NCBI GenBank assembly: GCA_964409635.1 | Contig: CAYPEL010000002.1 | Location: 1 to 41,028 of the forward strand | DNA from: an uncultured Gammaproteobacteria bacterium | GTDB lineage: Bacteria; Pseudomonadota; Gammaproteobacteria; DSM-19610 | Direction: 5' to 3' | Length of the DNA: 41,028 nt | In this document: one piece after another, positions 39,168 to 41,028 of the stretch | Numbering within the stretch: the first letter of the stretch is position 1 | Layout: each line of letters begins with the position of its first letter | Notes under the pieces: generated by a model | What the model was told of the DNA's origin: nothing | The model's input: only the letters and a program-made list of their open reading frames with translations | The model's database searches: none | Translations under genes and position numbers: made by a program

Positions 39168-40013
39168 CTAATGTCCCTGTAAGCGATGGCTGCTGGTGAA
39201 TTCCCAGGTGCGGGTAATATGTAAAATATCGGTTTCCTTACGGATAGCATCCGGCAGGGGTGCGAACGGTGCGGCCAGCCTGACGATCCGCACAGCGGCA
39301 TCATCCAGCAATTTATGGCCGGAAGGCCGGACGACTTTAATATCGAGCACATTGCCATCCTGATCAATGGCGACATCGACGATCAGACTGCCGGATAACT
39401 GTTTGCGCCGGGCCTGATCAGGGTAGTTCAGATCGCCGACGCGCTCGACCTTGCTGACCCAGTCACGCATATAACTGGCATACAGGAATTCCCGGGTACG
39501 CGCCGAGATGTATTTTTGTTTGGGTGCGCTGGAGTAAGCTTTCAGGGACTGGTTGATTTCATTATTTAAGCTGACCATTTCCAGGCTCCGTTGGATCAGC
39601 TCGGCAGCACTCAGGTTTTCCGTTTCCGCGGGTGTTTCGGTCATTTCAGGGTGCTTAATGCGGCTGTTTTCGCGGCTGAGGATTTTGCTTACTGCCTGTT
39701 TTTCACTCGGCGGTGGTGTGGCCATAGACTGGGCAATGGTTTGCTCTTGAGGTTTGATTTTTTCTTCCGTATTACCGGCGCCATCCTGACTGGCTTCGGC
39801 AAGGTAATCGTACTCTTCCGGAGGCAGGTTGCGGTTCGGATTTACAATGGTGATATCCAGGGTTTGCGTAACCGGATCGGTTTTGTGACGATCCAGCGGG
39901 TTGAAACCGATACCGAGGATGATCAGCGCATGAAACGCGGTTGCGATCAGCAGCATCAGTACCAGCCGGTCATTGGTTTGCGCGTCGTGCGATGGGCTGG
40001 GAAGGGGATTCAC
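39168..40013 (-). CDS. TonB-family energy transducer (TonB3-like)
   Basis: An N-terminal TM anchor is followed by a Pro/Glu-rich spacer and a C-terminal TonB domain (YPDQARRKQLSGSLIVDVAIDQDGNVLDIKVVRPSGHKLLDDAA). Confidence 0.8.
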   Translation of the reverse strand: MNPLPSPSHDAQTNDRLVLMLLIATAFHALIILGIGFNPLDRHKTDPVTQTLDITIVNPNRNLPPEEYDYLAEASQDGAGNTEEKIKPQEQTIAQSMATPPPSEKQAVSKILSRENSRIKHPEMTETPAETENLSAAELIQRSLEMVSLNNEINQSLKAYSSAPKQKYISARTREFLYASYMRDWVSKVERVGDLNYPDQARRKQLSGSLIVDVAIDQDGNVLDIKVVRPSGHKLLDDAAVRIVRLAAPFAPLPDAIRKETDILHITRTWEFTSSHRLQGH

Positions 40014-40043
40014 GAATAGAGTTCTGAAAATAAATAAAAATTG

Positions 40044-41028
40044 TTAACCATCTTGTGGTATCGGCATTGGCCTGCTGATCCTGATTTCGGCTTCGTCATG
40101 GGTGAATTCTAACAGTTCAGCCATAGCCGGTGTCATATGTAAGGTGTTTTCTTCATCGACCAGCAGCACATATTCAATCTGCATCGCGCGGGCTACCGGC
40201 TGCCATTGTTCCGGGCCTGCGACAAACAAGGCCGTAGCGGCAGCATCGGCCAGCGTTGGGTCATTCGCCAGTACAGTCACCGAGCGGGATCCAGACGCGG
40301 AATAGCCCGTTTTAGGATGGATAATATGGTGAATGCGTTTGCCAGCCTGCTCGGTATAGCGTTCGTAATCACCCGAGGTGAACACGCATTGTCCTGGGGC
40401 GAGTTCCACGCTGGCCATGACGCCCGCTTTGCGCGGGTGGCGGATGCCGGCTTGCCAGTTGCGTTGGCCGTGTTTTCCACTGACGCAGAGGTCGCCCCCG
40501 GCATTAACCAGGGCATTGTGAATACCATGCTGTTCGAGTTTTTCTATGGCTTTACCAAGCGCATAACCTTTGGCAAAAGCACCGAAATCGAGTTGTACGG
40601 CGGGGTTACTGCTGCGCACTTCGTTGCCACTTATGGTCAACTGTAAACTGCTGGGCGCCTGTTCTACTAATGACTGAATCCTGGCAGGGTTGGGTGCTTG
40701 CCATGCAGGCGCCTCATTTTGCTGAAAACCCCATAGACGTATTAACTGTCCAATGGCAGGATTAAACAGACCCTGGCTTTGTCTTTCATAGCGCTGCGCA
40801 AGCTGGATCAAAGTAATGATAGATTCCGCAACAGCCATCGCTTGTCCTGCTGCAATGGCCGTGTTGAGTTTCTGCAGCGTGCCCGGCTCCCAGGCGTGCC
40901 AGGCGCGGTGTTGTTGTAGAAATAGCGCTTCAACTGCTTGAGTGGCTGCTACCGCCTGGGGTTTGCTGACACCGGCGTAGCTGATGTCAATCAGGGTGCC
41001 AAAGGCAAAGAACTGCTGGCTGATAATC
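40044..41028 (-). CDS. apbE: FAD:protein FMN transferase ApbE (5' end outside the window)
   Basis: ApbE motifs are present (FNPAIGQLIRLWGF, FTSGDYERY). The reading frame stays open upstream of the first Met at 40838 up to the window edge (..FFAFGTLIDISYAGV..). Confidence 0.85.
   Translation of the reverse strand, partial: IISQQFFAFGTLIDISYAGVSKPQAVAATQAVEALFLQQHRAWHAWEPGTLQKLNTAIAAGQAMAVAESIITLIQLAQRYERQSQGLFNPAIGQLIRLWGFQQNEAPAWQAPNPARIQSLVEQAPSSLQLTISGNEVRSSNPAVQLDFGAFAKGYALGKAIEKLEQHGIHNALVNAGGDLCVSGKHGQRNWQAGIRHPRKAGVMASVELAPGQCVFTSGDYERYTEQAGKRIHHIIHPKTGYSASGSRSVTVLANDPTLADAAATALFVAGPEQWQPVARAMQIEYVLLVDEENTLHMTPAMAELLEFTHDEAEIRISRPMPIPQDG

Noticed and set aside
39074-39376. ORF 39074-39376 (-, 100 aa) across the tonB-like 3' end and the hairpin.
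   Set aside because: It is out of frame with and overlaps the well-supported TonB C-terminal domain, and it has no motifs.

Overview
This window reads as a core chromosomal segment of a gammaproteobacterium. Gene order parallels the known E. coli/Pseudomonas blocks rpmG-rpmB-radC-coaBC-dut-algC-argB, pyrE-xthA, yggU-yggT-proC-pilT-pilU and pyrC'-pyrB-pyrR-ruvX-yqgE-tonB. I call about 40 protein genes. I saw no rRNA, tRNA, CRISPR array, transposase or integrase. Content that is not housekeeping: (1) a hipBA toxin-antitoxin cassette with an AT-rich, repeat-bearing leader, inserted between rpmB and radC; (2) an orphan dynamin-like GTPase; (3) a globin-coupled sensor with a degenerate GGDEF domain that overlaps an orphan hydantoinase-A gene; (4) an ABC-2/GldG/DUF4340 operon; (5) a long, membrane-anchored AlgC; (6) a PyrK-like flavoprotein gene translationally coupled to the non-catalytic pyrC'. 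Two genes look broken: pilT has an in-frame TAA, and yggU has two compensating frameshifts. The most unusual signal is non-coding. Two 116-bp elements (15927-16042 and 34246-34361) share the same geometry of a 32-bp arm, a 52-nt core and a 32-bp inverted arm. Their cores match at 42/52 positions in opposite orientations and show two compensatory base-pair changes, yet their long arms are unrelated between the copies. I cannot assign this architecture to any repeat or RNA family I know. All calls rest on reading the sequence and the ORF translations by eye; no database search was run.
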